A stretch of DNA of 63,614 bases, filler included, from Phoronis australis (taxonomy: Eukaryota > Animalia > Phoronida), in the NCBI GenBank assembly GCA_002633005.1. It is 5 parts of 5 records of this genome, joined end to end, with 100 filler letters (N's around TTAATTAATTAA, not from the genome) between each part and the next. Parts side by side here need not be neighbours in the genome. Positions count along the whole stretch, not along the records: positions 1 to 31,163 come from NMRA01000180.1; 4 more parts are not named here. The stretch is one strand, 5' to 3'. Below the pieces are notes generated by a model. That model worked only from the letters and a program-made list of their open reading frames with translations, was not told where the DNA came from and did no database searches. Shown here piece by piece: positions 1 through 13,702 of the stretch. Position numbers and translations under genes: made by a program. Every line of letters begins with the position of its first letter. Position 1 is the stretch's first letter.

Positions 1-668
1 GGCCCCCCCCCCCCCCCAACTAGTTATTGAGTATATGCAACTACGAATAGATAGGAAAACTAACCACATTGGTCTCCGCCATTACTGTATTATGGACAGT
101 AGCGGCACTATGCGGGCGCGGGCGATGAGGAAGTACGAAACACGTAGCACATCATGTCCCATTTTATTTTATCAAATTGAAAATAGTTATGTTGCTTTTG
201 CATAAAAGTTTGTAAACTATAAAATATGAGTGAAAACGTGTGCAAATAGTTGAAAACTCGAGTAAATAAAAAATTAGAGTAGCGAAGCCAATGGAAATTA
301 CGGAAGTGCATCATAAGCTGGACAGATGATTATACTCGGTAGTGATTAGGTGGAAGTGGGTGATTGGAAGGTGGGTAGGTACAGATTTTCCAGAGTTTGT
401 CCAGGGAAGGAGTCTCGGATCTAATAATCATATAACAGGCCTGCTTAAGCACCAACAAAAACGCTACATTTTCCTTTCCAAAAAACTGCCATCTTACGAC
501 ATCTGAACAAGGGTCCATATTACAAAGACCATCTGGTGGCAATGATTTTTCTGGTGCCTTTCAATTCTTATAAATCAGGAAAAGTCAATTTCACCACATC
601 GCATTTTATTAATTTAACGACAAACAACCGTCCATGTAAGGTAAGCAAAAGGCATATTCAGTTTGATG

Positions 669-906
669 TACCCACTTGCTACTTTATATGATATTTGCCC
701 ATTTGGCAGTTTGTACCCATATGGTACTTGTTATTGAATTTGCCGTTTTGCTCGACCCACTTGGTAGGCAATCGGCCAATACCCATTTGGTATTATGTAC
801 CCATTTGGTACTTCGCTAAACTGTGCCACTTAGTATCCGATACTAAATTACACATTGGGTATCGTAAATGAGTGTGTTATATCTTGTTATTAAGTAACCC
901 ATCTGA
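669..906. repeat. Array of about 9 interspersed 13-bp motifs (TACCCATTTGGTA consensus)
   Basis: Copies: tacccacttgcta, tgcccatttggca, tacccatatggta, gacccacttggta, tacccatttggta (twice), tgcccacttagta, tacacattgggta, aacccatctga. They are separated by short non-repeating linkers. Confidence 0.75.
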
Positions 907-2677
907 TTCCTTCTGTGAAATATTTATTTGTAGAGCTGTGACCCTAAAATTCCCCGTATATATTGTTCTTGCTGTTTTATTTGTCCCCAATAACACGCAT
1001 TAGATCCACGGAAACCCGAAAGTGTCACCAGCGTGGCTTATTTCCTGATGTGTTAAAACCTGTCTCAAAACATGGTGTAATGGGTGTTCTAATGTAGTAA
1101 ACATTCTATCAAAGTACCATTCGATGTCCCTGTAGGGTCAAAAGCACTGTATGCTATTTCCTTCAAATGCACAGTCATCGACAAATTATAAAACAGGTAC
1201 CTAAGCCAAACAAATTTGAATTTATCTCACTGAAGTCCATGCCATGATAGATATTATCTGTGCACCTCGAACTGCAGTCAAACTGCACGAAAATTTGTTA
1301 GTGCCGACAAATCTCCGTCATGATATATCCCAGTGTCATGTTTCGATGCAATTTGGACAAGCTACATGTACATGTACATATACATGTACATTGTATATGT
1401 ATATTTTGGTGATGACGGGATGGCCCTTTGTGATGTTAAAGTCATAGTCTGAAGTTTTATGAGAATCGGTCACGCTCCTTTAACAATCAAAAGACAAGGT
1501 ATGATCTCGTCGGCGCATGCCGAATATTACCACATGGGCGGTTTTAATTGCGCATGTGCGTGCATCAGACAAAACAACTGGGGCTGGTCAATCATCTGTA
1601 AAGAAGAGCAATGCAATACCTCCACTACTGCACCGTAAATAGTATGCTTCTAGGGGTCATTATTTTCATGTATGTACATGTAATTAGATTAATGAAATCA
1701 GTTTTTGGCCACAATAAGATTAAAAACCAGACGATCACCGCACAAGTAAAAAAGTGTTCAATTCAACGTTTCGTCTTTTCATTAGACATAATCAGAATCA
1801 TATTTACAACAATTTAGGACAAGTACCAACAAACAGCTTAGGTAACATCCATAGAGTGAAGTAAGAGATACATATAATATATTCAGTAGCTGGTTATCAC
1901 CATAGTTGCAGGGTCACTGAGCACTGCATGTTATTCAGAGAATCAGTGGCATGCTGGTTTATTTGTGCGGCGATCGTCCGGTTTTTAATTAGATTAACGA
2001 CGGACAACAGAAGGCAAGAGGTTGGCAGTAAATAGTTTAATGAAGTAATACGTGCAAAGATCCAAGGATAGCCACCCATATACCATGAACTAGTTGACAA
2101 CGCGCCGCAAATGTTGCGGATTTAGACGATGTAACTTCATTCATGGTGTCGGTTTATTCACCGACACTTGTTCCGAGGCATTATAAATATCGGCAGTAGT
2201 CAGAATTTCTTCACCCGTTATTTTTTAATAAAAGACGCAACGATCAAAATTAATATGAATAGCATTTGTGAAATTTACGTTTGTGCCCTGTGTTTTTGCA
2301 GCCTGCTCCGGCGAAAGTCGTTTTAGTAATTATTCGAAAGCATGTGTCTGAAAGATCGTGCGTCTTCCACTTGAGTGCCGCAAAGCGTCGTGAATGGCGT
2401 AATGGCGTGTCGTTAACAGTTCGCAGGTTCACTGCACGATCCACTGTTCATTTATACTCAGTAGTATTGAGTCAACAAGCAGCAGTTTCTGATCTTCACG
2501 TCTTCAGCTAAATGACCTTTATTTGGATAAGCGCACGTCAGCGAGGAGTTTTTCATGATTCAGCGTCATCGGCGTTTAACTTTGTCAATAATCGTACGTT
2601 TGACTCTGTTTCTTAGATTAGCCATGTACATGTACTCGTAAGATCCGATTTTTTGTTGTTGTCAGCGTCTGTTTCCA

Positions 2678-2937
<260 letters not shown>

Positions 2938-4317
2938 TTGCCTTCAAATACGAACACAAGCAACATTCTTTAATATACGAACACTACAAGACCACGAACA
3001 CTCATGGTATCTTTCTCTCACTAGTGTTACGACCGGTTTAAAGTTATAATTTATTTGCGTGGTCGTAATCTAGAGAGATTATCGTAGTCAATAAATAAAT
3101 CAATAATATCAATGAATAATAATGAATAGATAAAAATTAACAAATAAATATGTGATAATGCGATTAGAAAATAATAAGTAAATCTCTTAAAGCAATACAT
3201 ATATTGTAATAGTAAATATATGTTTTGGATCTGAATGTATTAAGACTTGGTGAAATACAGAAGGAATTGAAATAAAGTCAAGTTTATATCCAACCACAGT
3301 TGGATAAAAACATTGATACCGTAGCGCGTAAACGGTCATTGTCCGTGGTACTCAAGGGCACTATACGATTCCCACAAATTAATGCGCGTCAATTTTTTCA
3401 AAGCAATTGCGTCTTGAAATTGATGCTCTACAGTTCCCATCATTTAATACTTCTGTTTGGTTCACTTAATGGCTAAATCCGCATAACTAGGTCTACTATA
3501 CGTGTACATGTGCGTACTTTCGAAGTAGTTTACGTTCAGGTTAAGCACTTGCGTTTTGCTCTCCAACTGGAAGTTGCTGGCTCATGCTGACATCTGTTGG
3601 GAATTTCTAAAAACTCAGAAAAGTGTTTCCGATAGGACACTTATTCAAAAGAAGATATTTGCATGCACCGGACTTTAAAAAAACGTTTAGCGACTCCCAA
3701 TGAACTTCTGCACATGGTGTCAGGCATGTAACCTCAATCGCACATTTTTATCTATTAATTTGAACTTTTAGACTGTATGATGATAATGATATGTTTGTAC
3801 AAAAAATGTCGTTGTTTACATGGTTTCACTCAAGTGATACGCAAAGGAGCGTACATGTATGCGTCTAATTCCAAAAAGCATTGGCTCTCAACACGTTCGT
3901 ACATGGTAAAATAAAAATTTGTACTCATTCTGCAAATAATTTCGTGATATATGGCGGCATTTTAAAAGTCTTGGAATTTCTTTCGCACAAATTGTCATTC
4001 CAAAGTAGCGGTTTACATTTTCGGTACTTCAGTGGCTTCCGTTTTTTCAAAGATCTTGTAAATCCCCTTAGGGTGGCTATTCGACTGATACTGTACGTAT
4101 GTTATTCAGGAGCTGCCAATGCTCAATATTTGCCGATTTCCAAAGATTTACGGCAAATATCGGTCATCAGTTATCGATTGTTACGATGCTATAGTAAAAA
4201 TACGATCATGATAGTAGCATGCAGTTGCGCGCTGTGCTATATTAGATGCTTTTCAAATATTTTTCTAGTTTGAAGTCAAAAGCTTATTATGCAATCATAC
4301 AATTCGCCATTGAATTA

Positions 4318-4381
4318 ATGACTCCTCATTTGCGAATACACCGAGTATACGTTTGGTGCTTCCTTTGTCTGTTTTCTTCAG
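4318..4381 (+). CDS. PKD1-like gene, coding exon 1 (signal peptide)
   Basis: Runs from ATG to TCA G|GTAAAT and encodes MTPHLRIHRVYVWCFLCLFSS, a basic N-region plus hydrophobic core. The phase-1 donor joins the next exon in frame (G+TC=Val), giving ...FSSVYA-LGLGCY, a plausible signal-peptidase site. A possible acceptor TTTTCTAG lies at 4261-4268. Confidence 0.7.
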
Positions 4382-4563
4382 GTAAATGAGTGTAATGAGT
4401 TTTTTCCGGTGATTATTACCTGTTGCAATACAAAGCTTTACTTTTTACAACCAGTTTATTCTGAAATGCAATACAAGTGTCTGTGATTGTGCATACTCAT
4501 GGCGGCCATGTAAACTTTACAGCACCAAAAGGCGAGTGATCAGTCTAGAAAGGCAAAGTTCTG

Positions 4564-5070
4564 GGACCCGTTCCAAGAAGCTGACGTTGAAGTCAAATCG
4601 TGATATTATGTCGAGATTGAACGATTATTTTGGACATAAGATCACGATTTGTTTTAAGTTTTTGACTTAAGTCAAAACTTAATATTTCTTTTGCGTTCCA
4701 ATAACCAACCTTAGCTAAGACTGCCTTTTTGTCTTAACTTTGAGTCAATTCTCACCTTGACTTAAATCGAACTTAAGTTTGTCAAAATGGTTACCTTTCA
4801 CACTTGTCAGGGAAGAAATGTAATCAAACAGAGGTTATCGAGATTGGCTTGAATATGATTCATTTGTTGCGCCCTTTAGAAATGACAGGGCTGCATATGA
4901 CACACTATCCACTAATTTGAGAGATAACATGGAATCCGAGTGAAAGAGAGGAAATTCATTGGCAAAGGAGAAACAACTTGCTGTTGCGTTGAGATTTTAT
5001 GCATTGGACCGTTTCTAAATTGTCGTCAGTGATATGAAGGGTGTCAGCCATCCAGATACTCTTCAGACAT
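4564..5070 (+). mobile_element. PIF/Harbinger transposon remnant (left TIR and decayed transposase N-terminus)
   Basis: Starts CTG|GGACCCGTTCCAAGAAG at a CWG target. About 4855-5060 translates to YDSFVAPFRNDRAAYDTL...KRGNSLAKEKQLAVALRFYALDRF*IVVSDMKGVSHP, resembling the HARBI1-type L..ALRFYA.G.F...VGD..GVS motif. Confidence 0.7.
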
Positions 5071-6817
5071 GTGGAGATTGTCAAAAATCTGGTTTGTAAT
5101 GACATATTTTAACCTTAATTTCTGGGTTCAAGAGTGAAAGCGAATTCGGATTATGGTACCCTCATATGCACCGAGGCAATTGTGAAGTTTGTGATTTTAG
5201 GCAAAAAAGCCCCAATCAAACTTTTTGGTCATTTTTAGCATTTCATTTTTTCCGGTGGACGTAGCTAGGTAAAACTATAAGGCTTTGTTGAATTTCTTCA
5301 TCTTCGACGCTTCTGTCATTTATGTCATTTCCCAGGCATCCTGAGACAGCTGTGCAAACAAATACATGTACTTTCATTGACCCAGACTAGTGATAAGGTC
5401 TACATCAGTAACTCGAACTATGTGGTCTTTGCCCTTCAAGAGTGATCCAATGTGGCGGCCGAGCAGGCGAGTTATCTTAATTAAAATAGCTGGAAAGTTA
5501 AAAATACACTTTAAAATCGGTAAATGCAGATTTCAATGCTTAACTGAACGTTCAGTTAGTAACGACACAATCATTAAAAACAAATGGAACGAACATAGAG
5601 CGCAGACAACGCATGAACTAGTGGAGCGCGAATTTCACCGGTCTTGCCCGTTTTTTGCCGAACAATTCCGACTTCCATCTGACAAACGCACTGATGTCAC
5701 GAAATAAACGTAACAGGTCTTTTGAGTGAGTAATTTTCGCGGTTCATTTCAAAATCCGGAAATTATGTATCCTCGACAAGTAAATCGACGAATCATAAAA
5801 TGCGGCCAATTGTAAGCACTCATTTTTGAAAATATTTTGGCGGAACCATCCAATAAAATGAAATAAGCTAAATACCCACCGAGATAACAATGTTGAAATT
5901 CGCCCAAAGACAAGTTGCACGAGCTTTACCAACAAAAATCAAGAAACAAAGTCAATCCATAAATTTATTAAAACGCTAAAATAAGGCCCGGATGATGACT
6001 TCGAGTCCGTCAGACAAAAACAACTCAAAAGCGCCCGAGCGGACGCCTGCCCTCACCCGACGCCTCATTCCTCTTCGTTCAGGGACGGAAAAGCGCCGGT
6101 TCTGCGGCCGCAACAAGCTGAGTGCAGTGATGGCTTCGGTAGGACTTGGCGTACTCAATTTTTTTGCAGATAGACAAACAGGCTCAGGCTCGGAACTGGA
6201 GCTAGTTCACCATTTCACTACCAACTTTCACATGATCAAAAATAGAATTCTTTTATTCTTGGTCTTACTACAACATCAATATCAGCTGGTTCAGCACATA
6301 AGATTGGCCGGTTCCGTAATGTTTGTTGACAGGGTTAGATTAGAGCTAATGTCCTTGTATAAGCTCCGCCCCAGTTGTCAGTCACTGAGTTGGTGAGGAC
6401 TCGAGCCACATGACTTACTGAGGCTTGATCAAATATAGCTAAAAAAACAACTTTGGATTTTCAGAATGATTGTAATTTTCTTCATTATACTGTGCATCAA
6501 GAATTAAGGATTAGGATGACAAAAAATATAAAAAACAGTCAAAATTAATTTTTTGTGTATCCACCTACCTTAACATGTTTTGAAAAAGCAAAAAAGAACA
6601 CACAGGTCTTTTGTAGCCCCAGTTTATTGCACCATTTGTAACATATATAGATATCGTGCTGCAAACCTTGTTTAAGAACAGAGTTGACTGCTGTACAAGA
6701 ACTTTGAGGTTACCTGTGTTCCAGTTGAATTTCTTTTGTTGAAAACACTGTTGTTTTATTGTATTATGTGTGCATTGAAAATGACATGATAAGAAATCCA
6801 TTAAAAGGCTTAAAAGA

Positions 6818-7109
6818 ATTCCTATAGGGTTTCCTATAGGATATCCCAAAGTATTTCTATAGGGTCCTATTGGATTTCCTATAGGAAACCTTATAGGATA
6901 TCCTTTTCCTATAGGAAACCTTATAGGATTTCCTATTTGATGCAATAGGAAATCCTGTAGGATCGTATAGGAATCCTATGTAAAATCCTATAGGACTTCC
7001 TTTAGGTTGCAATAGGAAATCCGATAGGATCCTTTAGGAATCCTATAGCATATTGGGCCAAAATCCAATTGGATTCCTATTGAATCTTATAGGAAATTTT
7101 TCGTAAGGG
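6818..7109. repeat. Minisatellite of palindromic CCTATAGG-type units, probably the truncated end of a non-autonomous DNA element
   Basis: Many TCCTATAGGA-like units, ending in TTTTTCGTAAGGG. No matching left end was seen. Confidence 0.7.
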
Positions 7110-10100
7110 CTGGATGCCTGTAATGCGACACCTACCGGCTAATAAACAGATAAAACATGTCACAGCAAGTGAATAGGCATGAATAGTCAGAGCAAAACAA
7201 TGCCCGGACATATATCTAATGGCACAAGGCAAAGCAAGACCCCTGGTGCTGCTCACTGAACTGCGACTGAATTCGATGTAATGTGAAGACAAACAAAGAA
7301 ATCAAAATACAGAGAACCTGGTACTTCCTGGTCTACTAAAAATTACAAGAGTTCTGTAAACAATACGATAACCAAAAGCCCCCAAAATAAACCTAAATAG
7401 ACAACATGCAAAGCGCGTCTTTCTCAGTTAAACGTACGAATTGAATAGTCTATGAAAGCATACCGGATCGTAACCAACGCCTCCGGTGGTCAAAACGTGA
7501 AACTAGTGCTGGAACAAAATGCCAAGTAGTAGGCGCCATCTATTGACAAGAAGCGTCATAAGACAAATCTCTTTGACCTAACAATAATTGTGCACAGTTA
7601 CCACTAATTGTTTTCGCCCACAGAGTTGAGATTGAGAAGGAATGAGATTGACAGTACTCATAGCTACAGGTAGAGAATAATTTTCGAAGTGCTTAGTAGT
7701 TCCCAGTGCTACGCACAGCTGCAAATGCGTAGTAATTAATATTGATATCTTTTTCATTTACGCATTTTAATTTTATTTGTCTGGGTCTAAAATGTCATGC
7801 CATCCTACTCACCAGACACATTTAGCAGCAAGGCATGTTGAGAACACACAATGGTATCATACAGGATGCGGATATATTGCCAGGGAAAGCGTCTTTTTTA
7901 CCTTTAACTCGGTGAACATCTGACTGAATGGAGAGTCAAATGGAACTACCAGAATGATCTTAACAGCCTGTTTCTTGAAAATTTATAAGCTTATTAAATA
8001 TTGGTTGAGCAACCAGACCATTCAGTACAATAATGCAAACAATGGGTACCACACAGGGAATAAGAAATCTCAATTTGCCCTGTCTAGGACGATAGGGGCT
8101 AATACGTCTTAAAATTGAATGCATTTGTATGCTCCTATAACCCAGCACCACTCCGTGATACTTACTGGACCCGTCCTAGGTTCTCCTGTCTGTATTTCAC
8201 GGAAGAATACTTCGAATTTATATCGGAACAGAGCCCAAACTCCTGCTACGGACCATGGTAAATTGGCCTGCCGAACTTTGTAGGCTACGGTGTGTCCAAA
8301 TACCAATAAATCGGTAATAGCAAAATAAAACAACACGTTTTTATAAGAACTCGGTGTATTTTTAAGGGTTTTACATCGAAGTTTGATGATTTATTGGTGT
8401 TAAACGATGAATTCAAGCGATAAACTGACACCAGTAACCTGTGTTGAGAACTACTGAACAGACTGCTTGTGAAAACAATGACGTCATTGGATAGTTTCAA
8501 CACCTCCGTCTGTCGTCAGGTGCCAGGTAACGCAACCGAACATGCCGTTATCGAGTAGAACTGCTCGATCTAAATTGATACAAAATAGGTTGTTTTTTGC
8601 TTGGAAATCTCCTTTAACTTTTCTCCGTGAAATTTTGTTTCCGGAAGGTTATTCGAGCTCTGATGATTGCCTACTCGGGAATTCCCCCACTTATGGCGGG
8701 TGTGGGGATCGTTACAAAGCTGGCAACATTCGGAAAAGAGGAGATGACTTGGTAGTAGTTATAGGAATTAACGAGGAGGTGTAAAAATTTGGCAAAACTT
8801 GCTGCATTACATTTCTTGAAACACCAGCTACACAGTGATTGTCATATCGAAAGTTACAAATTCGACACTTTTTAAATGGCCCATTATTGTCGCGCTATCC
8901 AACAAGAAATTTTAAAAAGTACGACAAACTGAAGCCCTATTCTAGAATTTCTCCAGTTGACGATATGTTAGCGTATATTAACTTAACATCCACATGAACA
9001 TTGCATACATAGCCGCATCACGTAAGCTAAATAGGGCCAATGCGTATAGGCCTGCCTCGCACAAACTGCTGGTCCCGTCTTGTAGTCAAAACGGCCCCTC
9101 AAAACTCATGTCTACAGTGGATGGAAATTATGGCACCGGAAGATGGGCGATGAAAGTTGTCTCGATCACAGAGAGGGTAAAAAATGACGACCGAACACAT
9201 TTCAAGTTACTAGGGCTCATTGACCTATCATCGCTTGGGGACCAAGAGAAATCTTATCACCCGACACTGTCTACATGTATATCTTTGGAGTGATGGTGAA
9301 TTGTGCATATGAGATGGTGCACAGTTATGGCAATAGCTCGGCATTTTTTAAAGTATTTGAATAATTAACTCAGCTCCGTTAATTATTGCGGAACGCAATG
9401 TCGCCAAAACATGTAAACAATTCAACACGAAAATCATTAAAACAGCATCAATCACATGCCCATGCATTTTTTATGTTGTAATCGTTCTAAAAGTGAATAT
9501 CATTGAGAGGTTTTTATCGACCGCTGTCGCGTTATCACGGAATTGTTACATGCATGTTGGTCCAATTGTCAACGACTCACCGTTGATACCGATCATGGGT
9601 GATTGTAATGTTAAAATCAATCGTTAAAATGCTGCATCCTTGACGATTGCTTTGATATGCTTTCGTCATAGATTCGAAGCAACTGGCGTGTGTTGAGCAT
9701 AAAGGGACAGAATGGCTTGATGGCTGTGCGTTAAGTGCATACTTCAATAATTAATGACGGTCTTCGCTGACGTTTAGTGAAATTTATACTTTAATTAAAA
9801 CGAACGGCACGGATGGGTTTAGAGCAAGGATGAACACTGTAACTTTGGTTTGGATATTTCTTATTTCAGTAACTCTTCCAGTGTTTGGTAAGTGTCTACC
9901 AATAATAGCATTCATGTAATATGCTGTTTTAGCGATTCTTTCGGATCTTAAATAACGTTCACATTTCCATACATGTAACAGATTGACCGTTGGCTGGATA
10001 ATCGTTCTCTGATGGATGTCTTCCACTGCTCATGGTGTTTTCTATATCAAAATGTTATTTTCTGTATTAACTATTCGGTCTTTGATTATTGCCATGTTAT

Positions 10101-10778
10101 AAATAAATAAAAATGGAAGTGCTTGTAGCAAACTGATATGCACTGCGACATATATGAGGGTTGTCAAAATATTCAAGTTTTAAGTGGCATTACATGTATC
10201 TCTTTTTACACAGAAATTTCATCTGCAAATGTTCTGAGTATAGTAACTGCAATGTGTTATTTCAGCTGATTGTTATATACAGTATAAGACCTCTTTGTGA
10301 CAACCAGTATATTCTGAAATGCACCACAAACTTCGTGGTACCTGGCGGACAGGTACATTTCACTACACACAAAGCGAATGGTCGAGTTAAAACAGCTAAG
10401 ATTGTTTTGGTCTGTACCCCGATTCATTCTAGTTAAAACGTGCGCGTACTACATGTATTCAAAAAAGCGTCCGCTATACTAGGTCTCGAAATTTTTACAA
10501 AAACCGCTATAAAACCGCGCCTGTCAAATGAGTCATCAATCTGTAAATGATGCATTGTTGCGTAAGCACCGAACGACTCCCTCCCCCATAGGAACTGGCA
10601 CTAGAAGTGGTGTTTGAAAGTGACCTTTGTTGAGATAACATATGCATTATTTTCTCATGTGCATTTTCTGTTGAAAAGTGGGCAACTAAAGATACCGCAC
10701 CTTTGAATCAATGTTTAAGTCAACCAATGAGCAACTATAGTCAAGGGCATTGCTTGCACATCATTTTTTCCTCTCTAG

Positions 10779-10908
10779 TCTATGCCCTTGGACTTGGATG
10801 CTATTCCGAGGACATCGCAAACAGAACACTGCAGCTGTCCACAGGTGAATACTCTCCCAAAGGACCTGTGAAGGCTTGTGTATACGCATGCTACAAAGAT
10901 GGGCAAAG
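10779..10908 (+). CDS. PKD1-like gene, exon 2 (N-terminal half of WSC domain)
   Basis: Acceptor ttttttcctctctag, donor AG|GTAAAT. Encodes VYALGLGCYSEDIANRTLQLSTGEYSPKGPVKACVYACYKDGQR, matching the WSC pattern LGCY..D...R.L...C...C...G. Confidence 0.9.
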
Positions 10909-10985
10909 GTAAATTACCCTGACTAGTTTTAGAGTTTGTTATCAACTGCTAAACCGTTGGAGGGTGCTAGATCCATTTGAGTGAG

Positions 10986-11057
10986 CATGGGCGGCGCAAC
11001 ACCGAAATAAGGTGGGGTGTAGTTATAGCCCCAGCCAAATATGCTGCGCCGCCATTG
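10986..11057. mobile_element. 72-bp mini-MITE
   Basis: Inverted termini CATGGGCGGCGCA ... TGCGCCGCCATTG, the same terminal family as 29349-29422. Confidence 0.55.
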
Positions 11058-11801
11058 TGAATGGCATGTTACCAAAAACACATCGGAGTGTTTCGTAATT
11101 CGTAAGTTATTTTATTGAAGTAGGTGGCATGTACGGAAGTTGCAAGGTGACTTCTTCAAGGCCAGATTCAATCAACTTGAAAGGGTGCGTTATTCGAAAA
11201 ATTTCTATTTGTCTTGGGGCTCTACAAAGAAGTCTATTTCTGCAACATAATTTGGCCATGTATAGGAGAACTGAATCTCCAAACGAATGTGTCCATTTAA
11301 ATACGGTTGCTTTCTAGGAGTGTGGGACTTGCCGATTCTGAAAATGGACAGGTATTCAAACTTCCCACGACACTTGGGGAAACATAAGAGGTCCACACTG
11401 GGCTTCAAATTATGCCCTTAACTGTTGAGTAGAGGACCTGCAGGGTAAATAAATTTTGGCCAACTACGTTACTGGGCACAGGTTCTTTTTCTTCACAGAT
11501 TCGTAGCGGTCATGTTCGTATCCGCGTGAGAGAAATTCCTTTCGATACTGTTTCATTAAACACATGCCAGGAGTGATTACGTTTCGGTCTTTATTCGTTA
11601 GACGACGAAAAGCATAGTTTGTTGTGTGTTTCAATGATTAAGTTATCTACACGAATAACGCTAGTGCAATCTCGTGTCTTGATTGCAATGCATCGTTCTC
11701 GGGAAGTTTTGCGTGAAATTCTAGCTTGTACGAAACTCCGCCGAGGTTTGCTTTAAGATATGCATTAAACATGATTGCAATTGTTCAAACAAAGACTATT
11801 G

Positions 11802-12243
11802 AATCATACGCACGTGCATCTCATCTTAAGCACGAACCACCTATGAACCTATGAATCATGCATACGAACCCATGAATCATCCATACGAACCCAAGAATCA
11901 TCCATACGAACCCATGAATCACAGTGCATACGAACCCAAAATCACGCATACGGAACAAAAATCATGCGCAAGAACCACAAAAAATCACACATTCCAAAAC
12001 AAAATCATACACACCAGCACCGAATCACACGCACAAACACTTGGCTTGGTGGTTTGTGCGTATGATTCGCATGCTCGTGCGTATGATTTGTGTTTGTATT
12101 TGTGATTTTTGTGGTATGCATGATTTTTTTCGTATGCGTGATTTTGGGTTTAGTACATGTATGCATGATTGATGTGTTCGTTTGCATGATTCATAGGTTC
12201 ATAGGTGGTTCGTGTGTAAGTTGCGATGCTCGTGCGCATGATT
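11802..12243. mobile_element. Foldback element: about 440-bp imperfect palindrome with internal tandem repeats
   Basis: Left arm AATCATACGCACG...CACGAACCACCTATGAACCTATGAATCATGCA is the reverse complement of right arm TGCATGATTCATAGGTTCATAGGTGGTTCGTG...CGTGCGCATGATT, with the centre near 12043. It contains 21-bp units ATGAATCATCCATACGAACCC. Confidence 0.85.
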
Positions 12244-13702
12244 GTGTGGTACCTTTGTTACCTTTGATTCTAAGGACATTGAATTTAATGAAACTAATTT
12301 GCAGGTGTATATATCGAGATTTTACATATATTATACAAATTAAGGTAAACATTGGTGAAAATCGTTGTGACTATAGCTGCGATATCACAGGTACCACAGG
12401 TCGAAGTATATTGGAATTGAAAACCTCATCTTGTTGAGGGCCCTCTTGGAAAGCAGTGCTATCACTGAAGAGGCTACCCTCATTTTAAATATCATAATAA
12501 GAAATAAATAAATAAATAAAATTTAAAATCCTGTTCCTGCTCTTCACATCCTCACAGGGCACTACATGTACATGTATATTATTTGGACATTTTCAACCAT
12601 GTTTTGTGTGGTCAATGAATGTGATGAAATCAGTTTGTAGGAAATTGCATCATGAATTTTCAAAATGCATGTACAGTGTGACTACCAAGAGTAGTTTGAC
12701 TTATCTTCTTGGTTACATGACACGGGGTAGTTTGATTAACATCCCGTTTAGACAATAGCTTTTGACACAGAAATGTGTTCTAGTATGAGTTATCACATTA
12801 CTCTCAATGAATTTACTAACACCGTGACCCGGGATATATATGCATTGAAGTGTTTTCTTTCACAGAAAAGTGGATAGATTAAATGAAATCAACTGCAATG
12901 CTAAATAGAAAAGCATTCGCCTCTAACCGTCAAGGAAATTATTTTCATGGAAAAGGTATGCGCGATTGATTAAACACACAATACTTTTCGTTATTAAAAG
13001 TCTTTATTCCGTTCCGTTCGTACATGTATGCTCGGAATAAAATTCTGCACTCAACGGAACATTGGTGAAGTAACTAACCAAGAGATATAATAAAAGGGTA
13101 CACGATATTTCAAAACATACTTCTTTCCTTCTCAAGTGGAAATACAACGACGCAGTAATGCCACCACAGAGCTTAAGCTGGAGACATACACAGTGGGGCA
13201 CGGCAGGTGTGAAATACTGCAAAGAATGACAAATGAAGGGGAATAAGAGGAAAGTCACGCGAACACGTGTAACGTGCAGGGCGACCCTGTTTGCTGCTCA
13301 TTAAAAACGGGCTTCTCAAATGCAATCAAAAGGGACTCCAATACTTTCAATCGCAGCACATCGAGCTCTACGTACGGAATTGACGTGTTTTCCAGAAAGA
13401 AAAACAAATAAGAAAAACATGGGTGCAATTGCCCAGATGAATTGCATAAATTGTATAGGAGTCAGTTACGAACAGGAACAGAATACTGAATAATGCTGGA
13501 TATAATTTGCATAAGATATGCAAATTATCATGCAACAGTTTGTACACCGATTTCAGCAAATTACCTGAGCACAGAAACATCAGGGAATGTGAATGTAATT
13601 TTCCTGTTGTGGTTTTTATCCCAGCTATAAATTCAAGTGGGTTTTTTAATAATTGCAGCTTTTCTTTCCATAAATCATGTAAAGTAATTAGTTTAATTAT
13701 TT

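Noticed and set aside
669-906. CRISPR array
   Set aside because: The repeats are only 13 bp and degenerate, the linkers are too short and variable, the context is eukaryotic, and no cas genes are present.
5910-6410. Possible minus-strand solo LTR, and the 134-aa ORF at 5992-6396
   Set aside because: It has TATA- and AATAAA-like signals but no clear CA end or TSD, and the ORF has no recognisable motif.
11851-12437. Repeat-protein ORFs (MNHPYEP...)
   Set aside because: They are translations of the foldback element's subrepeats.
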